64,000 nt of DNA from an uncultured Nitrospiraceae bacterium (GCA_963727805.1 CAVSHF010000004.1:45132-109131); one strand, 5' to 3'. Shown: positions 19,387 to 30,893, counted from the stretch's first letter. Program-made: numbers and translations. Notes: generated by a model from the sequence alone, not told the origin.

Positions 19387-20577
19387 ATGGTGCTGTCTCC
19401 GGGCTACAGTTATTATAAGATCGGCAGGGTTGTCTTTGCCCTTGCTCTGCTCGTTTCCTTTCAGATAGCCGGGCTGTTGCACGCCCTGCCGGGCCTCTTT
19501 TATATCATCACTATCTATGGTTTCATAACCCTTGTTCGGCTTGCGATAGCACAGGAAGTTATGGGCTATTTTGATTTCATTTTGGATATCGTATTCATTT
19601 CGGCCTTAGTGCATGTGAGCTTTGGAATATATTCATATCTCTCTCTTTTTTACCTGTTTCCGATCTTTTTTTCCTCAATTATAATCAGGGCCGGGAAAAT
19701 ATTTCTCTATCCCGCAATCGCTACTATTTTTTATGGAACGGTTTTTGTCCTCAATGGCGCCGCTTCATCGAGGGAAAATCTCTTGAATATTTTACTTCAT
19801 GCGTTTTCTTTCTTCATAATCTCCTTGGCAGGAAATAACTTGAATAAAAAACTTGAAACTCAGGATAAATATATAAAAAGTCTTGAAGAGGAACGGATAA
19901 AAATGCAGGGATACGAGAGGCTTTACCGGGTCAGTGCGGACCTGGCTCATGAATTGCGGAACCCTCTGGCCTCGATTTCAGCTACAGTGCAGTTTTTGAA
20001 GGAAGGCAAAAGCAGCAAGGACTTTGTAGAAATACTCGACACTGAAACAACTAGACTGACTCAGCTTGTTCAGGACTTTTTGATGTTTTCGCGACCGTCG
20101 GATGCTCCCAGGGAAGAGGTGGATCTATCCGATATGGTAAGAATCATTATCGAACGAAATAGAACTGGCAAGGCTATCTCAGCTGATATTGAGGAAGGTA
20201 TCTCTATCGCTGCAAACCGGATGTTTATCGAGGCAGCGTTGACTAATATAATCAAGAATGCCAGGGAGGCTGCTCGCTCAAATGTATTTGTGACGCTTAA
20301 GAGAAAGACTGCGGATATTGCTATCGGTGCACATGATGTAGTTATCGTGGAGGTAGATGACGACGGTCATGGTATTGATGAATCAAGCAAAGACCGTATT
20401 TTCGAGCCATTTTTTACTACTAAACAGAATGGCACCGGACTTGGACTTGCCATCGCCTACAGGGTCATAACAAGTTTCGGTGGGTATATTGTTGCGGGAA
20501 AATCGCCTCATGGGGGCGCAAAGTTTACCATTGTCATGCCACATGTAAACAATAAAAACGAAAAAGAAGGTAGATGA
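19387..20577 (+). CDS. pilS: Sensor histidine kinase, PilS-like
   Basis: Multi-TM N-terminus, LAHELRNPL H-box, N/G1/F/G2 boxes. Confidence 0.8.
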   Translation: MVLSPGYSYYKIGRVVFALALLVSFQIAGLLHALPGLFYIITIYGFITLVRLAIAQEVMGYFDFILDIVFISALVHVSFGIYSYLSLFYLFPIFFSSIIIRAGKIFLYPAIATIFYGTVFVLNGAASSRENLLNILLHAFSFFIISLAGNNLNKKLETQDKYIKSLEEERIKMQGYERLYRVSADLAHELRNPLASISATVQFLKEGKSSKDFVEILDTETTRLTQLVQDFLMFSRPSDAPREEVDLSDMVRIIIERNRTGKAISADIEEGISIAANRMFIEAALTNIIKNAREAARSNVFVTLKRKTADIAIGAHDVVIVEVDDDGHGIDESSKDRIFEPFFTTKQNGTGLGLAIAYRVITSFGGYIVAGKSPHGGAKFTIVMPHVNNKNEKEGR

Positions 20578-20580
20578 TAC

Positions 20581-21927
20581 ATGAGGGCGTTAATAGTCGA
20601 TGACGAGATCAACATCAGAAAGGTATTGAAGGTAGTCCTTGAAGAGAGCGACTTTGAGGTTCTTGAGGCGGCCAATGTCTCTGAAGGTGTTGCATTGACA
20701 AAAGACTATTTCTTTGAAGTGGCGATTGTAGACATGCGCCTGCCCGATGGATCAGGTATTGATGTGCTCAGAACGATAAAGGGTGCCAACCCCGATACGG
20801 TAGTGCTGGTCATCACCGCTTTCGCGTCCACCGAAACAGCGGTAGAGACTATGAAAGCGGGGGCTTATGATTATGTGACAAAACCTTTCAATGTCGATGA
20901 GATTCGGATCATCCTCAAAAATATCAGTGAAAAGATCTTGCTCGAAAACAGGGTCAAAGAACTTCAGCAATATGCCGACGAGTACCAAAACATGATCGGC
21001 AAATCCGAGGCCATGCAGAGGCTTTTCAAAGTAATCGATAAAGTAGCCCCTTTCGATTCACACATATTGATTATCGGAGAGAGTGGTTCGGGAAAGGAAC
21101 TCATTGCTAAAGCTTTACACAACAGAAGCCGGAGATTGAATAGGCGTCTTGTGGCAATAAATTGCGCAAGTCTGCCGTCGGAGCTTCTCGAAAGCGAACT
21201 CTTCGGATATTCAAAAGGGGCATTTACCGGTGCATATACGTCCAAGCGGGGACTGATTGAGGATGCCGATGGCGGTACATTATTTTTAGATGAGATCGGG
21301 GAGATGCCGCTTTCACTCCAGTCAAAACTGCTGAGGTTTCTTGAGGACAAGAAAATCAGACCCCTGGGCAGTGGAAAGGAAACTGAAGTCGATGTCAGAG
21401 TCGTTGCTGCGACCAATAAGACTTTCAAAGAATTGATCGAAAAGGGCGAGTTCAGGGAAGACCTTTATTACAGGCTTTCTACGTTTGAACTAATGGTACC
21501 GTCTTTAAGAGAGAGGCGTGAGGACATACCTCTCCTTGTGGATCACTTTATTAGGCTCTTTTCCAGAAAATTCGAGAAAAATATAGTCAAGGTCGATCCC
21601 GCTTTCCTGGATTATATTATGCAGCATGAGTTAAGGGGAAATGTGAGAGAACTTAAGAATATCATTGAACGCGAGGTAATCCTGTCCGAAGACGGCTGTA
21701 TCAGGTGCACAAGCGGCCAGTATCAGGTCCGCATCGATAGCACAGCGGCGGAAATCCCTGACGAAGGCCTGGATATCAACGCGTATCTTGCAGATATCGA
21801 AAATAAGCTCTTACAACAAGCACTGAAAAAAGCCAATGGAATCAAAACAAGGGCAGCCGAACTGCTAGGATTGACATTTAGGGAATTCAGATACAGGCTG
21901 ACAAAATACAAAGATACGGGAGACTGA
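20581..21927 (+). CDS. pilR: Sigma-54-dependent response regulator, PilR-like
   Basis: REC domain, GESGSGKE, GAFTGA, C-terminal HTH LGLTFREFRYRL. Confidence 0.85.
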   Translation: MRALIVDDEINIRKVLKVVLEESDFEVLEAANVSEGVALTKDYFFEVAIVDMRLPDGSGIDVLRTIKGANPDTVVLVITAFASTETAVETMKAGAYDYVTKPFNVDEIRIILKNISEKILLENRVKELQQYADEYQNMIGKSEAMQRLFKVIDKVAPFDSHILIIGESGSGKELIAKALHNRSRRLNRRLVAINCASLPSELLESELFGYSKGAFTGAYTSKRGLIEDADGGTLFLDEIGEMPLSLQSKLLRFLEDKKIRPLGSGKETEVDVRVVAATNKTFKELIEKGEFREDLYYRLSTFELMVPSLRERREDIPLLVDHFIRLFSRKFEKNIVKVDPAFLDYIMQHELRGNVRELKNIIEREVILSEDGCIRCTSGQYQVRIDSTAAEIPDEGLDINAYLADIENKLLQQALKKANGIKTRAAELLGLTFREFRYRLTKYKDTGD

Positions 21928-21950
21928 TTATAAATCTGTCTCCCGTATCT
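21912..21950. terminator. Hairpin between convergent pilR and pilC (probable bidirectional terminator)
   Basis: 13-bp inverted repeat AGATACGGGAGAC / GTCTCCCGTATCT. Confidence 0.6.
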
Positions 21951-21952
21951 CT

Positions 21953-23179
21953 TTAATGCGATCCTGAGACGACTGCACCGAGTTTAAATATCGGCAAATA
22001 GAGAGCAACAACGATAAACCCGATAACAGTGCCGAGAAAAACCATTAAAACCGGTTCAAGTAATACGGTGAGGTTTTGGACACTATTGTCAACTTCATCG
22101 TCATAAAAATCAGCAATCTTTGCAAGCATCTGATCGAGGGAACCCGTAGCTTCCCCGACGCTTATCATTTGAACAACCATAGGAGGGAAAACATCAGATT
22201 TGGCTAACGGTTCCGAGACCGTTTTCCCGGCAGAGACGTCTCTTTTTACTTCAAATACAACCTTCTCCACGACTTTATTGCCAGCAGATTTCGCGCATAT
22301 TTCGAGACCATCAAGGATGGGTACTCCGCTGCTAATAAGCGTCCCGAGGGTACGGGAAAATCTTGCTACCGCCACCTTCCTGATAAGCTCACCGATAATA
22401 GGTATTTTAAGAAAAAGCTTGTCAGTTGCTATCCGGCCACCTGTGGTTTTTCTATACTGTCGGAAGCCAACTACCGATCCAACGATAACAAAAAACACAA
22501 TGAGGCCGCCAATACCGCTTAGGAAATTACTAAAGTTGATGACTAACTGTGTTGGAAGCGGAAGCCCGACGCCCATTTCTGTGAAGACCTTGGCAAAGAC
22601 AGGGATAACGAAGATCATGATAATCGCGACAACGAGAACGGCGATAAACATAACGACGGAGGGATAGATCATAGCCCCTTTGACTTTCTTCTTAAGCTTC
22701 ATGGCTTTTTCTATATAGACTGCGAGCCTCTGAAGCACCGAATCCAGAACTCCACCTGTTTCGCCGGCTGCCACGAGGTTAACATATAGATCATCAAATG
22801 CTTTGGGATGCTTTTTCATAGCCTCAGCCAGAGTCGTACCTGCCTCTACGTCGCCTTTTACCCGTCCTACAATTTCCCGTAAGTTTTTATTTTCAGTTTG
22901 CTTGGACATAATATCGAGGCCCTGAACAATCGGAATTCCAGCGTTGTACATGCTGGCAAACTGACGGGTAAAGACGATGATATCCCTCTCTTTGATCTTC
23001 TTCCCTCTGCTAAAACCTCCAAATTTGACCACAGTGGCTTGCTTTTCTGCAACGATAGTCGGGATAATGCTCTGCCTCCGGAGAGATGCAATTACATCTT
23101 CTCTGGTTTCAGCACTAATTTCTCCGTGCTGAACGGTTCCTTTAGTAGTCTTCCCTGTCCACTTAAAGGTAGTCGGCAT
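21953..23179 (-). CDS. pilC: Type IV pilus platform protein (GspF family)
   Basis: FTRQFASM, AGETGGVLD, KVKGAMIYP, GEATGSLD, LEP...LYLPIF; ATG 23179 has an AAGGAG RBS. Confidence 0.92.
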   Translation of the reverse strand: MPTTFKWTGKTTKGTVQHGEISAETREDVIASLRRQSIIPTIVAEKQATVVKFGGFSRGKKIKERDIIVFTRQFASMYNAGIPIVQGLDIMSKQTENKNLREIVGRVKGDVEAGTTLAEAMKKHPKAFDDLYVNLVAAGETGGVLDSVLQRLAVYIEKAMKLKKKVKGAMIYPSVVMFIAVLVVAIIMIFVIPVFAKVFTEMGVGLPLPTQLVINFSNFLSGIGGLIVFFVIVGSVVGFRQYRKTTGGRIATDKLFLKIPIIGELIRKVAVARFSRTLGTLISSGVPILDGLEICAKSAGNKVVEKVVFEVKRDVSAGKTVSEPLAKSDVFPPMVVQMISVGEATGSLDQMLAKIADFYDDEVDNSVQNLTVLLEPVLMVFLGTVIGFIVVALYLPIFKLGAVVSGSH

Positions 23180-23366
23180 TCGTATCTCCTTCAAATAATT
23201 CTGCTTTCAGCATAACGAAAAAACCTGCTCTATACACTTACATCTATTCCAAAGAAATGTACCATAGATGTAACGTCCAATACAACTGTATTGCAATGAT
23301 TAATTATAAGTATACCGTCTAATCGTATATGCTTGTTGTGATACCCGTCACATATTATAGTTTCAA

Positions 23367-24272
23367 TTAGACTCCGGCATGCAACTTAGCAGATTTTACA
23401 GTGTTCTTCATGAGCATTGTAATCGTCATAGGTCCAACGCCGCCGGGCACGGGTGTGATGGCCCCTGCGATCTCCTTGGCCTTGTCAAAATCAACATCAC
23501 CCCTCAGGATGGGGACCATCTTTCCGGTCTTTTCGCTCTTCTTCTCGCCGACACGATTGACGCCTACATCGATAACGCAGGCTCCGGGTTTGATCCATTC
23601 GGGCTTTACAAGGCCGGCTACTCCCGCTGCGACGATGAGGATGTCTGCCCGTTTGCAGTGCGCTTCAAGGTTCTTCGTGCGAGTATGCACGATCGTTACG
23701 GTTGAGTTTGCTCCAGCGGCTTTTTGGACCATGATCATTGCGATCGGTTTGCCGACGATATTGGAGCGGCCCACTACGACGACCTCAGCACCGGATGTCT
23801 CATAACCGGAGCGCACGATCAGCTCCTGGATACCGGCAGGGGTGCAGGGCAGGAACTTTGCTTCTTTACCACCTATCATCAAACGGCCGACATTGACCGG
23901 GTGGAAGCCATCTACATCTTTATCGGGATCGATAGCATTGAGAATCTTCTTATCATCCATGTGCTTGGGCAGGGGCAGCTGGACCAGGATGCCGTGCACC
24001 TTCGGGTCCTTGTTGTACTTGTCGATAATCTTGAGCAGGTCTGCTTCGGAGAGGTCCTCAGGCTGGGTGTCCTGCACTGAATAGAACCCGAGTTCGTGGG
24101 CTGTCTTCTGTTTGGCGGTAACATAGCTGACAGAAGCGGGGTTCGCGCCTACAAGAATGGTGATCAACCCCGGAACTACCCCATGTTTGGCCTTGAGTTC
24201 GTCAACTTCCTTCTTGAGTTCCTCCCTGATCTGAGCGGCGACTTCTGTTCCACTAATAATCTTGGCTGCCAT
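23367..24272 (-). CDS. folD: Methylene-THF dehydrogenase/cyclohydrolase
   Basis: HGILVQLPLP, KDVDGFHP, PCTP, GRSNIVGKP, TPVPGGVGPMT. Confidence 0.97.
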   Translation of the reverse strand: MAAKIISGTEVAAQIREELKKEVDELKAKHGVVPGLITILVGANPASVSYVTAKQKTAHELGFYSVQDTQPEDLSEADLLKIIDKYNKDPKVHGILVQLPLPKHMDDKKILNAIDPDKDVDGFHPVNVGRLMIGGKEAKFLPCTPAGIQELIVRSGYETSGAEVVVVGRSNIVGKPIAMIMVQKAAGANSTVTIVHTRTKNLEAHCKRADILIVAAGVAGLVKPEWIKPGACVIDVGVNRVGEKKSEKTGKMVPILRGDVDFDKAKEIAGAITPVPGGVGPMTITMLMKNTVKSAKLHAGV

Positions 24273-24342
24273 AATTACTCCTCCTTTGATAAAAATATTT
24301 TATTGTGAAAATACCACTAAACACACTATATCAAAAATGCCC

Positions 24343-24903
24343 TTATTCCCTTTGTTTCAACAGTTCGAGCATTTCCTCCCTGGTGCTTTGCTTGCTTCTG
24401 AAAATGCCTCTGACTGCTGAAGTGACGGTCTTCGCTCCAGGCTTTTTTATCCCTCTCATGCTGAGGCAGAGGTGCTCGGCGTCAATTACTACCATGCATC
24501 CTCTGGGTTTGAGTTTCTCCATGATAATGTCGGCCAGCTGCGTGGTCAGCCTCTCCTGGACTTGAGGCCGGCTTGCCAGGTGTTCGAGGGCTTTTGCGAG
24601 TTCACTGAGACCCGTAATTTTGCCGTCTGGAATATAGGCAATGCTGGCCTTCCCGATGAAGGGCAGCAGATGGTGTTCACAGATGGAATAGAATGGTATC
24701 TCCTTGAGCAGCACCATCTCGTCATGGCTTTCACCAGCAATTGGCTTTAACAGGTCTTCGCTTGGTTCTTTCAGGCCTGAAAAAAGTTCAGTGTACATTT
24801 TTGCGACTCGTGCCGGGGTATCCTTGATGCCGGGACGGCTCGGGTCTTCTCCGATGCCTTCCAGGATAAGCTTCACGCCGTCTTCAATCTTCTTAAGGTT
24901 CAT
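24343..24903 (-). CDS. folE: GTP cyclohydrolase I
   Basis: [34 protein letters not shown]. Confidence 0.95.
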   Translation of the reverse strand: MNLKKIEDGVKLILEGIGEDPSRPGIKDTPARVAKMYTELFSGLKEPSEDLLKPIAGESHDEMVLLKEIPFYSICEHHLLPFIGKASIAYIPDGKITGLSELAKALEHLASRPQVQERLTTQLADIIMEKLKPRGCMVVIDAEHLCLSMRGIKKPGAKTVTSAVRGIFRSKQSTREEMLELLKQRE

Positions 24904-25561
24904 TACAAGTTATAGTCCTTTTATCAGTAATGACGATATCCATTTTTATATCGTGTGGATTGCAGGGGAGGGAAGATACTATTTGCTCTTCATAGGCGAG
25001 TCCGACGATAAGGGGTTTATGCGCCGAAGAGCCTCTTGCGCTCAGTAATTTGTCATAATAACCCTTACCGTATCCCAGCCTGTTACAGCTTTCATCGAAT
25101 GCGACGCCGGGTGCTAAAACGATGTCGATGTCGACCGCCTGCAGCTCCCTTTCCCTTGCTTCAATGGGTTCTAGTATCCCCCAGCTTCCAGGGGCCAGAT
25201 CAGCCCAGTTTCTGATAACATAAAGCTTAAGTGTATCGTTGATCTTGACCACGCGCGGCAGGACCGTGATTCGGAGTCCTTCAAGGGATTCCCGGATAAG
25301 TTTTTCGGTGTTCACTTCACTGCGGAACGAGGCATAAAATAGTATTGTTCGCGCGTCTTGAAACGATTTAAGTCCGGTCAACTGTTTCTCTATTGCCCTA
25401 TCTTTCACTTCTTTGATATCGGAAGGGATAGAGTCACGCCGGAAGATGATCTCTTTTCTCAGAGATTTTTTATCGAGTAATGGGGCGACGGGAATTTTGC
25501 GGCAGTTATTGGCGATGGTTTTTCCAGTTCGTTGAACAGGGGCCTCGGCCATCTCTCTCAT
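24893..25561 (-). CDS. 5-formyltetrahydrofolate cyclo-ligase
   Basis: [27 protein letters not shown]; true start may be internal. Confidence 0.9.
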   Translation of the reverse strand: MREMAEAPVQRTGKTIANNCRKIPVAPLLDKKSLRKEIIFRRDSIPSDIKEVKDRAIEKQLTGLKSFQDARTILFYASFRSEVNTEKLIRESLEGLRITVLPRVVKINDTLKLYVIRNWADLAPGSWGILEPIEARERELQAVDIDIVLAPGVAFDESCNRLGYGKGYYDKLLSARGSSAHKPLIVGLAYEEQIVSSLPCNPHDIKMDIVITDKRTITCNEP

Positions 25562-26337
25562 TTGTGCGCGAAGGCATCGAGTTGCAGTTTAATCTCCTTA
25601 ACCTGTGCAACGGCTTCTGGCGAACCATGGAAAGGAGAAATCCCCTTGATGTCTGAATCCATCAGTGACTGGTTGAATCGAAGAGCGCCCAGAAACTGTA
25701 CATCTTTAATATTTCTCTTTAGGAACTCGATATCCTCATCAGTCCTGATCTTATTGGCGACGAAAAAAACCTTCTTCACGCCGAGACCTTTAGCCATTTC
25801 CTTCACGGTATTGGCCGTCTGGATGCTCCTTTGACCCGGCTCGACAACGACGATAAATGCATCGACTGCCTCGGATGTCCCCCGTGTCATATGTTCGATC
25901 CCGGCTTCCATATCGGCGATCACGATCTCATCCCTTTCGACGACAAGGTGCTTGAGAAGTTGCTTCAGGAGGACATTTTCGGGACAATAGCATCCCGATG
26001 AAGCTGTCTTCGCTTTTCCCATCATCAGGAGGGTAATGCCGTCGATCTTGTAACCTATTTCTTCGGGGAGGTCATCAACCTTGGGATTCATTTTAAAGAC
26101 GCTCCCTATAGTCCCCGGCTTTGCGCCGGTCCTTTCCTCGATCAGGTCAGCCATATCGGCGATCGGTCTTAACTTTTCTATTTCGTAAGGAGAAACACCA
26201 AGGGCCTGCGCGAGGTTCGCATCGGGATCTGCATCAACGGCAATGACCCTTTTCCCCTCTGCCGCATAGAGATGACTTAGTATTGCCGAGAGGGTTGTTT
26301 TCCCCACTCCGCCTTTGCCAGTAATAGCGATTTTCAT
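25558..26337 (-). CDS. cooC: CODH/ACS nickel-insertion ATPase (CooC/AcsF)
   Basis: GKGGVGKTT, DADPDANL, GCYCPEN, DMEAGIEH. Confidence 0.88.
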   Translation of the reverse strand: MKIAITGKGGVGKTTLSAILSHLYAAEGKRVIAVDADPDANLAQALGVSPYEIEKLRPIADMADLIEERTGAKPGTIGSVFKMNPKVDDLPEEIGYKIDGITLLMMGKAKTASSGCYCPENVLLKQLLKHLVVERDEIVIADMEAGIEHMTRGTSEAVDAFIVVVEPGQRSIQTANTVKEMAKGLGVKKVFFVANKIRTDEDIEFLKRNIKDVQFLGALRFNQSLMDSDIKGISPFHGSPEAVAQVKEIKLQLDAFAHK

Positions 26338-26392
26338 AAATGAAATTATAGCATAACTTTAATATTTTTTGGCGGATGTGTTATCATTTTGC

Positions 26393-27595
26393 ATGGAAAC
26401 CAGCAAGATCATAGACGACGCCGATCATTATCTGATGCCCACTTACAGCCGTTTCCCCGTAGTTTTGCGCAAGGGAAGAGGCATAAAAGTATGGGATACA
26501 AACGGCAAGGAATACCTCGACTTCGTGGGCGGTATCGCGGTCAATGTCCTCGGCCATTGTCATCCCAGGGTAGTAGTGGCAATTCAGAAACAGGCGCAGA
26601 GGCTTATTCATGTTTCCAACCTCTATTACATTGAACCCCAGGGCAAGCTGGCAAAACTGCTTGTGACGAACTCTTTTGCCGACAAGGTTTTTTTCTGCAA
26701 TTCAGGGGCCGAGGCGAACGAGGCGGCCATAAAGTTAGCTCGGAAATATGCCAAAGAGCAGCTGGGGTCGGAACGCTACGAGATTATCACAGCCTTAAAC
26801 TCGTTTCACGGCAGGACTATGGCCACTTTGACGGCAACGGGGCAACCCAAATTTCAGAAGGGGTTCGAGCCCCTCTTGCCCGGATTCAAGTATGTGCCTT
26901 TCAATGACATCGATGCTCTTGCCGCTGCAATAACCGAGAATACCTGCGCGGTGATGCTAGAGCCTATTCAGGGTGAAGGTGGCGTGATTCTGCCAGTGGC
27001 AGGATATCTGAAAAAGGTCCGCGAACTCTGCGATGAAAAGAAGCTGCTTCTTATCTTCGATGAGGTCCAGACTGGCATGGGGCGTACCGGAAAGCTCTTT
27101 GCTTATGAACATTACGGCATTCTCCCTGATATTATGTCTTTGGCCAAGGGGCTTGGCGGAGGTGTTCCTATTGGCGCGATGCTTGCAACCGATGAGGTCG
27201 CCACCGCTTTTCAGCCGCGTACTCACGCTTCAACTTTTGGGGGCAACCCCTTAGTCTGCGCAGCCGCAATAGCGACGATTGAGACCCTTCTGGAAGACGG
27301 CTTCATCCTTGATCAGTGCAACCGGATGTCGAAATACCTTATGGAAAGCTTGACCCAACTCAAGTATGACTACCAGGGTAAGGTTGTTGAAATCAGGGGC
27401 AAAGGACTGCTCATCGCGATGGAATTGTTGCGAGATGCTGTCCCGTATGTCTCCGCATGCATGGAAAGCGGAATCCTGGTCGGTCTTGCCGGAGGGGGCA
27501 ACGTTCTCAGGTTCACCCCACCATTGATTGTGGAGGGAAAAGATATCGATAACATGATCGAAGTACTGGAAGATGTGATGGAAAAATTGCCATGA
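26393..27595 (+). CDS. argD: Acetylornithine aminotransferase
   Basis: FCNSGAEANE, FHGRT, DEVQTGMGRTG, AKGLGGG; upstream of argF. Confidence 0.93.
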   Translation: METSKIIDDADHYLMPTYSRFPVVLRKGRGIKVWDTNGKEYLDFVGGIAVNVLGHCHPRVVVAIQKQAQRLIHVSNLYYIEPQGKLAKLLVTNSFADKVFFCNSGAEANEAAIKLARKYAKEQLGSERYEIITALNSFHGRTMATLTATGQPKFQKGFEPLLPGFKYVPFNDIDALAAAITENTCAVMLEPIQGEGGVILPVAGYLKKVRELCDEKKLLLIFDEVQTGMGRTGKLFAYEHYGILPDIMSLAKGLGGGVPIGAMLATDEVATAFQPRTHASTFGGNPLVCAAAIATIETLLEDGFILDQCNRMSKYLMESLTQLKYDYQGKVVEIRGKGLLIAMELLRDAVPYVSACMESGILVGLAGGGNVLRFTPPLIVEGKDIDNMIEVLEDVMEKLP

Positions 27596-28509
27596 AAAGA
27601 GCCACAAAGCGAGATTGTCTGACACTATTTGATTTTTCGGAAGATGAAATAGACTTCCTGCTGAAAAGGGCCATTGGACTGAAATCGGGCGTTGATGCCG
27701 GCAAATGCCCTCTTATCGGCAAGAGCATTGGGCTCTTCTTTGAAAAACCGTCCACGCGGACGAGGGTGTCGTTCGAGGTTGGCGTCTATCAACTTGGCGC
27801 TCAACCGATCTATCTCAGCCCTAAGGACATCCAGCTCGGCCGTGGAGAAACTATTGCCGATACAGCACGAACTCTTTCGCGGTATTTGCACGGAATGGTT
27901 ATGCGTGTTTTCAAGCAATCTGCGCTTGAGGAATTTGCCCGCTATGCGTCAGTGCCTGTCATAAATGGCCTCTCCGATATGCATCATCCCTGCCAGGCGT
28001 TTGCGGATCTTATGACCGTGCTTGAGCGGAAAGGGCGTCTCAAAGGTATCCGGTTTGCATTTATCGGAGACGGCAATAATGTCGCCAATTCCCTCATAGA
28101 ATCAGCATCACGCACTGGGCTCGATTTTGTCATTGCTTCTCCTGAAGGGTATGGCCCGGATGCATCAACAGTCGCTCGTGTGCGCAAGGATGGAAAGGGC
28201 AGCATTACGGTGACTAACGATCCGAAGGAAGCTGTCGCCGGTGCCGATGTACTTTATACTGACGTATGGGTGAGCATGGGGCAAGAGGCCGAGGCAGAAG
28301 AAAAGGCCAGGAAGTTCAAGGGATACCAGATAAATAGCGCTCTGCTCAGCCTGGCAAAACCGGATGCTATCGTGCTTCATTGCCTGCCTGCCTATCGCGG
28401 CAAGGAGATTACGGCAGAAGTGATGGACGGTCCCCAGAGCGCTGTTTTCGACCAGGCCGAAAATAGGCTCCACACCGAGAAGGCACTCCTCGAATTTCTG
28501 GTTCGGTGA
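27592..28509 (+). CDS. argF: Ornithine carbamoyltransferase
   Basis: STRTRVSF, HPCQ, DVWVSMG, HCLP, AENRLH. Confidence 0.96.
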   Translation: MKRATKRDCLTLFDFSEDEIDFLLKRAIGLKSGVDAGKCPLIGKSIGLFFEKPSTRTRVSFEVGVYQLGAQPIYLSPKDIQLGRGETIADTARTLSRYLHGMVMRVFKQSALEEFARYASVPVINGLSDMHHPCQAFADLMTVLERKGRLKGIRFAFIGDGNNVANSLIESASRTGLDFVIASPEGYGPDASTVARVRKDGKGSITVTNDPKEAVAGADVLYTDVWVSMGQEAEAEEKARKFKGYQINSALLSLAKPDAIVLHCLPAYRGKEITAEVMDGPQSAVFDQAENRLHTEKALLEFLVR

Positions 28510-28630
28510 CCGCTGATCATCTCTTGATCCTTTCCTTGACTTGGATTCTCTATCTTGGATAAACTAAAAATCGCTCAATTTCTTATGGAGACCGGCTGAT
28601 ACCGGATTTTGTGAAAGGAGACGCACGCTC

Positions 28631-29083
28631 ATGCTCATCGCCATCGGTTCTGACCACGCAGGTCTCGATCTAAAGAAAGATGTAATCGCACTCCTCAAAG
28701 AATTAGGTCACGAATTAACTGATTACGGCACTGACACTCCGCAATCGGTCGATTACCCCGATTTTGGAGAGAAGGTCGCTAGGGACGTTTCTACCGGGAA
28801 GGCAGACAGAGGCATTCTTATCTGTGGCACCGGCATAGGGATGTCTATCGTTGCCAACAAATTCCGCAATATCAGGGCTGCGCTCTGCAACGACCTTTTT
28901 TCGGCAAAGATGAGCAGGCTCCATAACAACGCCAATATTCTTGTGATGGGCGGCAGGATAATCGGGAAAGACCTTGCCAAAGAGATCGTCCGCACCTGGA
29001 TAGACACCCCTTTTGATGGCGGAAGGCACGTTAACAGGCTTAAAAAGATTTCGCTCATCGAATTAAAGACCCTTGAGAAATAG
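28631..29083 (+). CDS. rpiB: Ribose-5-phosphate isomerase B
   Basis: GSDHAG, DYPD, CGTGIG, HNNAN, FDGGRH. Confidence 0.95.
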   Translation: MLIAIGSDHAGLDLKKDVIALLKELGHELTDYGTDTPQSVDYPDFGEKVARDVSTGKADRGILICGTGIGMSIVANKFRNIRAALCNDLFSAKMSRLHNNANILVMGGRIIGKDLAKEIVRTWIDTPFDGGRHVNRLKKISLIELKTLEK

Positions 29084-29119
29084 CCGATAAAATATATAAG
29101 GAAACAGAGTGACCGCCCC

Positions 29120-30364
29120 ATGAACGCAGAACACCTTAAAGCCGTCGACCCCGAAATTTATGAAGCTATTCTTAACGAAGAAGAACGCGAGCGGAAGAAG
29201 ATACTTCTAATAGCCTCAGAGAATTATGCAAGCCGGGCGGTTATGGATGCCCAGGGCTCCGTCTTTACCAATAAATACGCTGAAGGGTATCCCGGAAGGC
29301 GCTACTACGGCGGATGCGAGTTCGCAGACCAGGTTGAGAGGCTCGCTATCAACCGCGCCACACAGATATTTGGTGCCGAACATGTGAATGTCCAGCCTCA
29401 CTCCGGGAGCCAGGCGAATATGGCGGTCTTCTTTTCAGTGCTAAAGCCGGGGGACACCATCCTCGGGATGGACCTGAAGCATGGTGGCCATCTTTCGCAT
29501 GGCGCTTCGGTCAACTTTACCGGCATGTTCTATAAGGCCGTATCCTACGGTGTTACCCGTGAAACCGGTTACATCGATATGGACGGGGTAAGAAAAACCG
29601 CATTTGAGCATAAGCCAAAAATTATCGTCGTGGGAGCGAGTGCCTATTCGAGGATTATCGATTTTGAGGGTTTTTCTGCGATTGCTAAAGAAGTAGGTGC
29701 TTACCTGATGGCTGACATCGCCCATATCGCTGGACTGGTCGCCGCTGGAGTGCATCCGTCTCCGATTCCACACGCTGACTTTGTGACCTCCACAACCCAC
29801 AAGACGCTGAGGGGGCCAAGAGGCGGTCTCATTATGTGTAAGGCCAATTTCGCAAAAGCCATCGACAAGATGATTTTTCCGGGGATACAGGGTGGGCCTC
29901 TTGTGCAGGTTATCGCGTCAAAGGCTGTTGCTTTGAAAGAAGCGTTAAGCCCTGAATTCACCGATTATCAAAAAAGAGTTGTCGCTAATGCGAAAAGACT
30001 TGCTGCGGGCCTGATAGCAAAGGGATTTACTATCATATCAGGCGGTACCGACAACCATCTTATGCTTGTGGATTTGAGCAATATGAATGTTACGGGAAAA
30101 GACGCCGAAGAAGCCCTCGACAAAACAGGCATTACAGTTAACAAGAACGGCATCCCATATGATCAAAAACCGGCAACTATTACGGGTGGCATAAGACTGG
30201 GGACACCCTGCGTTACTACGAGGGGGATGGGCGAGAGTGAGATGGATGAGATCGCCGACATCATCGCCAACGTCATCCGCAATATCGACAACGATGCAAT
30301 TCTAAAGGCCACGAAGCACAGGGTACAGGCCCTTTGCGAGCGATTTTCCGTTTATCAGCCATGA
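29120..30364 (+). CDS. glyA: Serine hydroxymethyltransferase
   Basis: [33 protein letters not shown]. Confidence 0.97.
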   Translation: MNAEHLKAVDPEIYEAILNEEERERKKILLIASENYASRAVMDAQGSVFTNKYAEGYPGRRYYGGCEFADQVERLAINRATQIFGAEHVNVQPHSGSQANMAVFFSVLKPGDTILGMDLKHGGHLSHGASVNFTGMFYKAVSYGVTRETGYIDMDGVRKTAFEHKPKIIVVGASAYSRIIDFEGFSAIAKEVGAYLMADIAHIAGLVAAGVHPSPIPHADFVTSTTHKTLRGPRGGLIMCKANFAKAIDKMIFPGIQGGPLVQVIASKAVALKEALSPEFTDYQKRVVANAKRLAAGLIAKGFTIISGGTDNHLMLVDLSNMNVTGKDAEEALDKTGITVNKNGIPYDQKPATITGGIRLGTPCVTTRGMGESEMDEIADIIANVIRNIDNDAILKATKHRVQALCERFSVYQP

Positions 30365-30380
30365 AGCCCCATAGTCGATC

Positions 30381-30854
30381 ATGAAGTGCCCTTTCTGCGG
30401 GAGCATCGAAGACAAGGTCATTGATTCAAGGATGGCCAAAGAAGGAGATGTCATCCGTCGCAGGAGGAAATGCCTCAAATGTGAACAAAGGTTCACCTCT
30501 TATGAGCGTGTCGACGAACCCCTTCCAATGGTCATCAAGAAAGACGGGAGCCGGGAATTCTTCGATGCGTATAAAATTATCAGCGGTCTCAAAAAGGCAT
30601 GTGAAAAAAGACCCATCCCAATCAATAACCTCGAAGGGGTCGAAAAGACGATCGAAAAGAAACTCATGAGCATGGGCGTTAAGGAAATTCCGAGTTCCTG
30701 GATAGGTGAAGAAATCATGGCCGCCCTGAAGGATCTCGATAAAGTAGCTTATGTAAGGTTCGCCTCGGTATACCGGCAATTCAAGGATATCAACGACCTG
30801 ATAAAGGAAGTGAAAAACCTGTTCGACGAAAAAGGAAGAGAAGTTAAAAGTTGA
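30381..30854 (+). CDS. nrdR: Transcriptional repressor NrdR
   Basis: MKCPFC, RRRRKC--C--RFTSYE, ATP cone, VAYVRFASVY. Confidence 0.96.
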   Translation: MKCPFCGSIEDKVIDSRMAKEGDVIRRRRKCLKCEQRFTSYERVDEPLPMVIKKDGSREFFDAYKIISGLKKACEKRPIPINNLEGVEKTIEKKLMSMGVKEIPSSWIGEEIMAALKDLDKVAYVRFASVYRQFKDINDLIKEVKNLFDEKGREVKS

Positions 30855-30893
30855 CTTGAAATGCTTTTTTTTATTATTCTACTCTTTGCCTTT

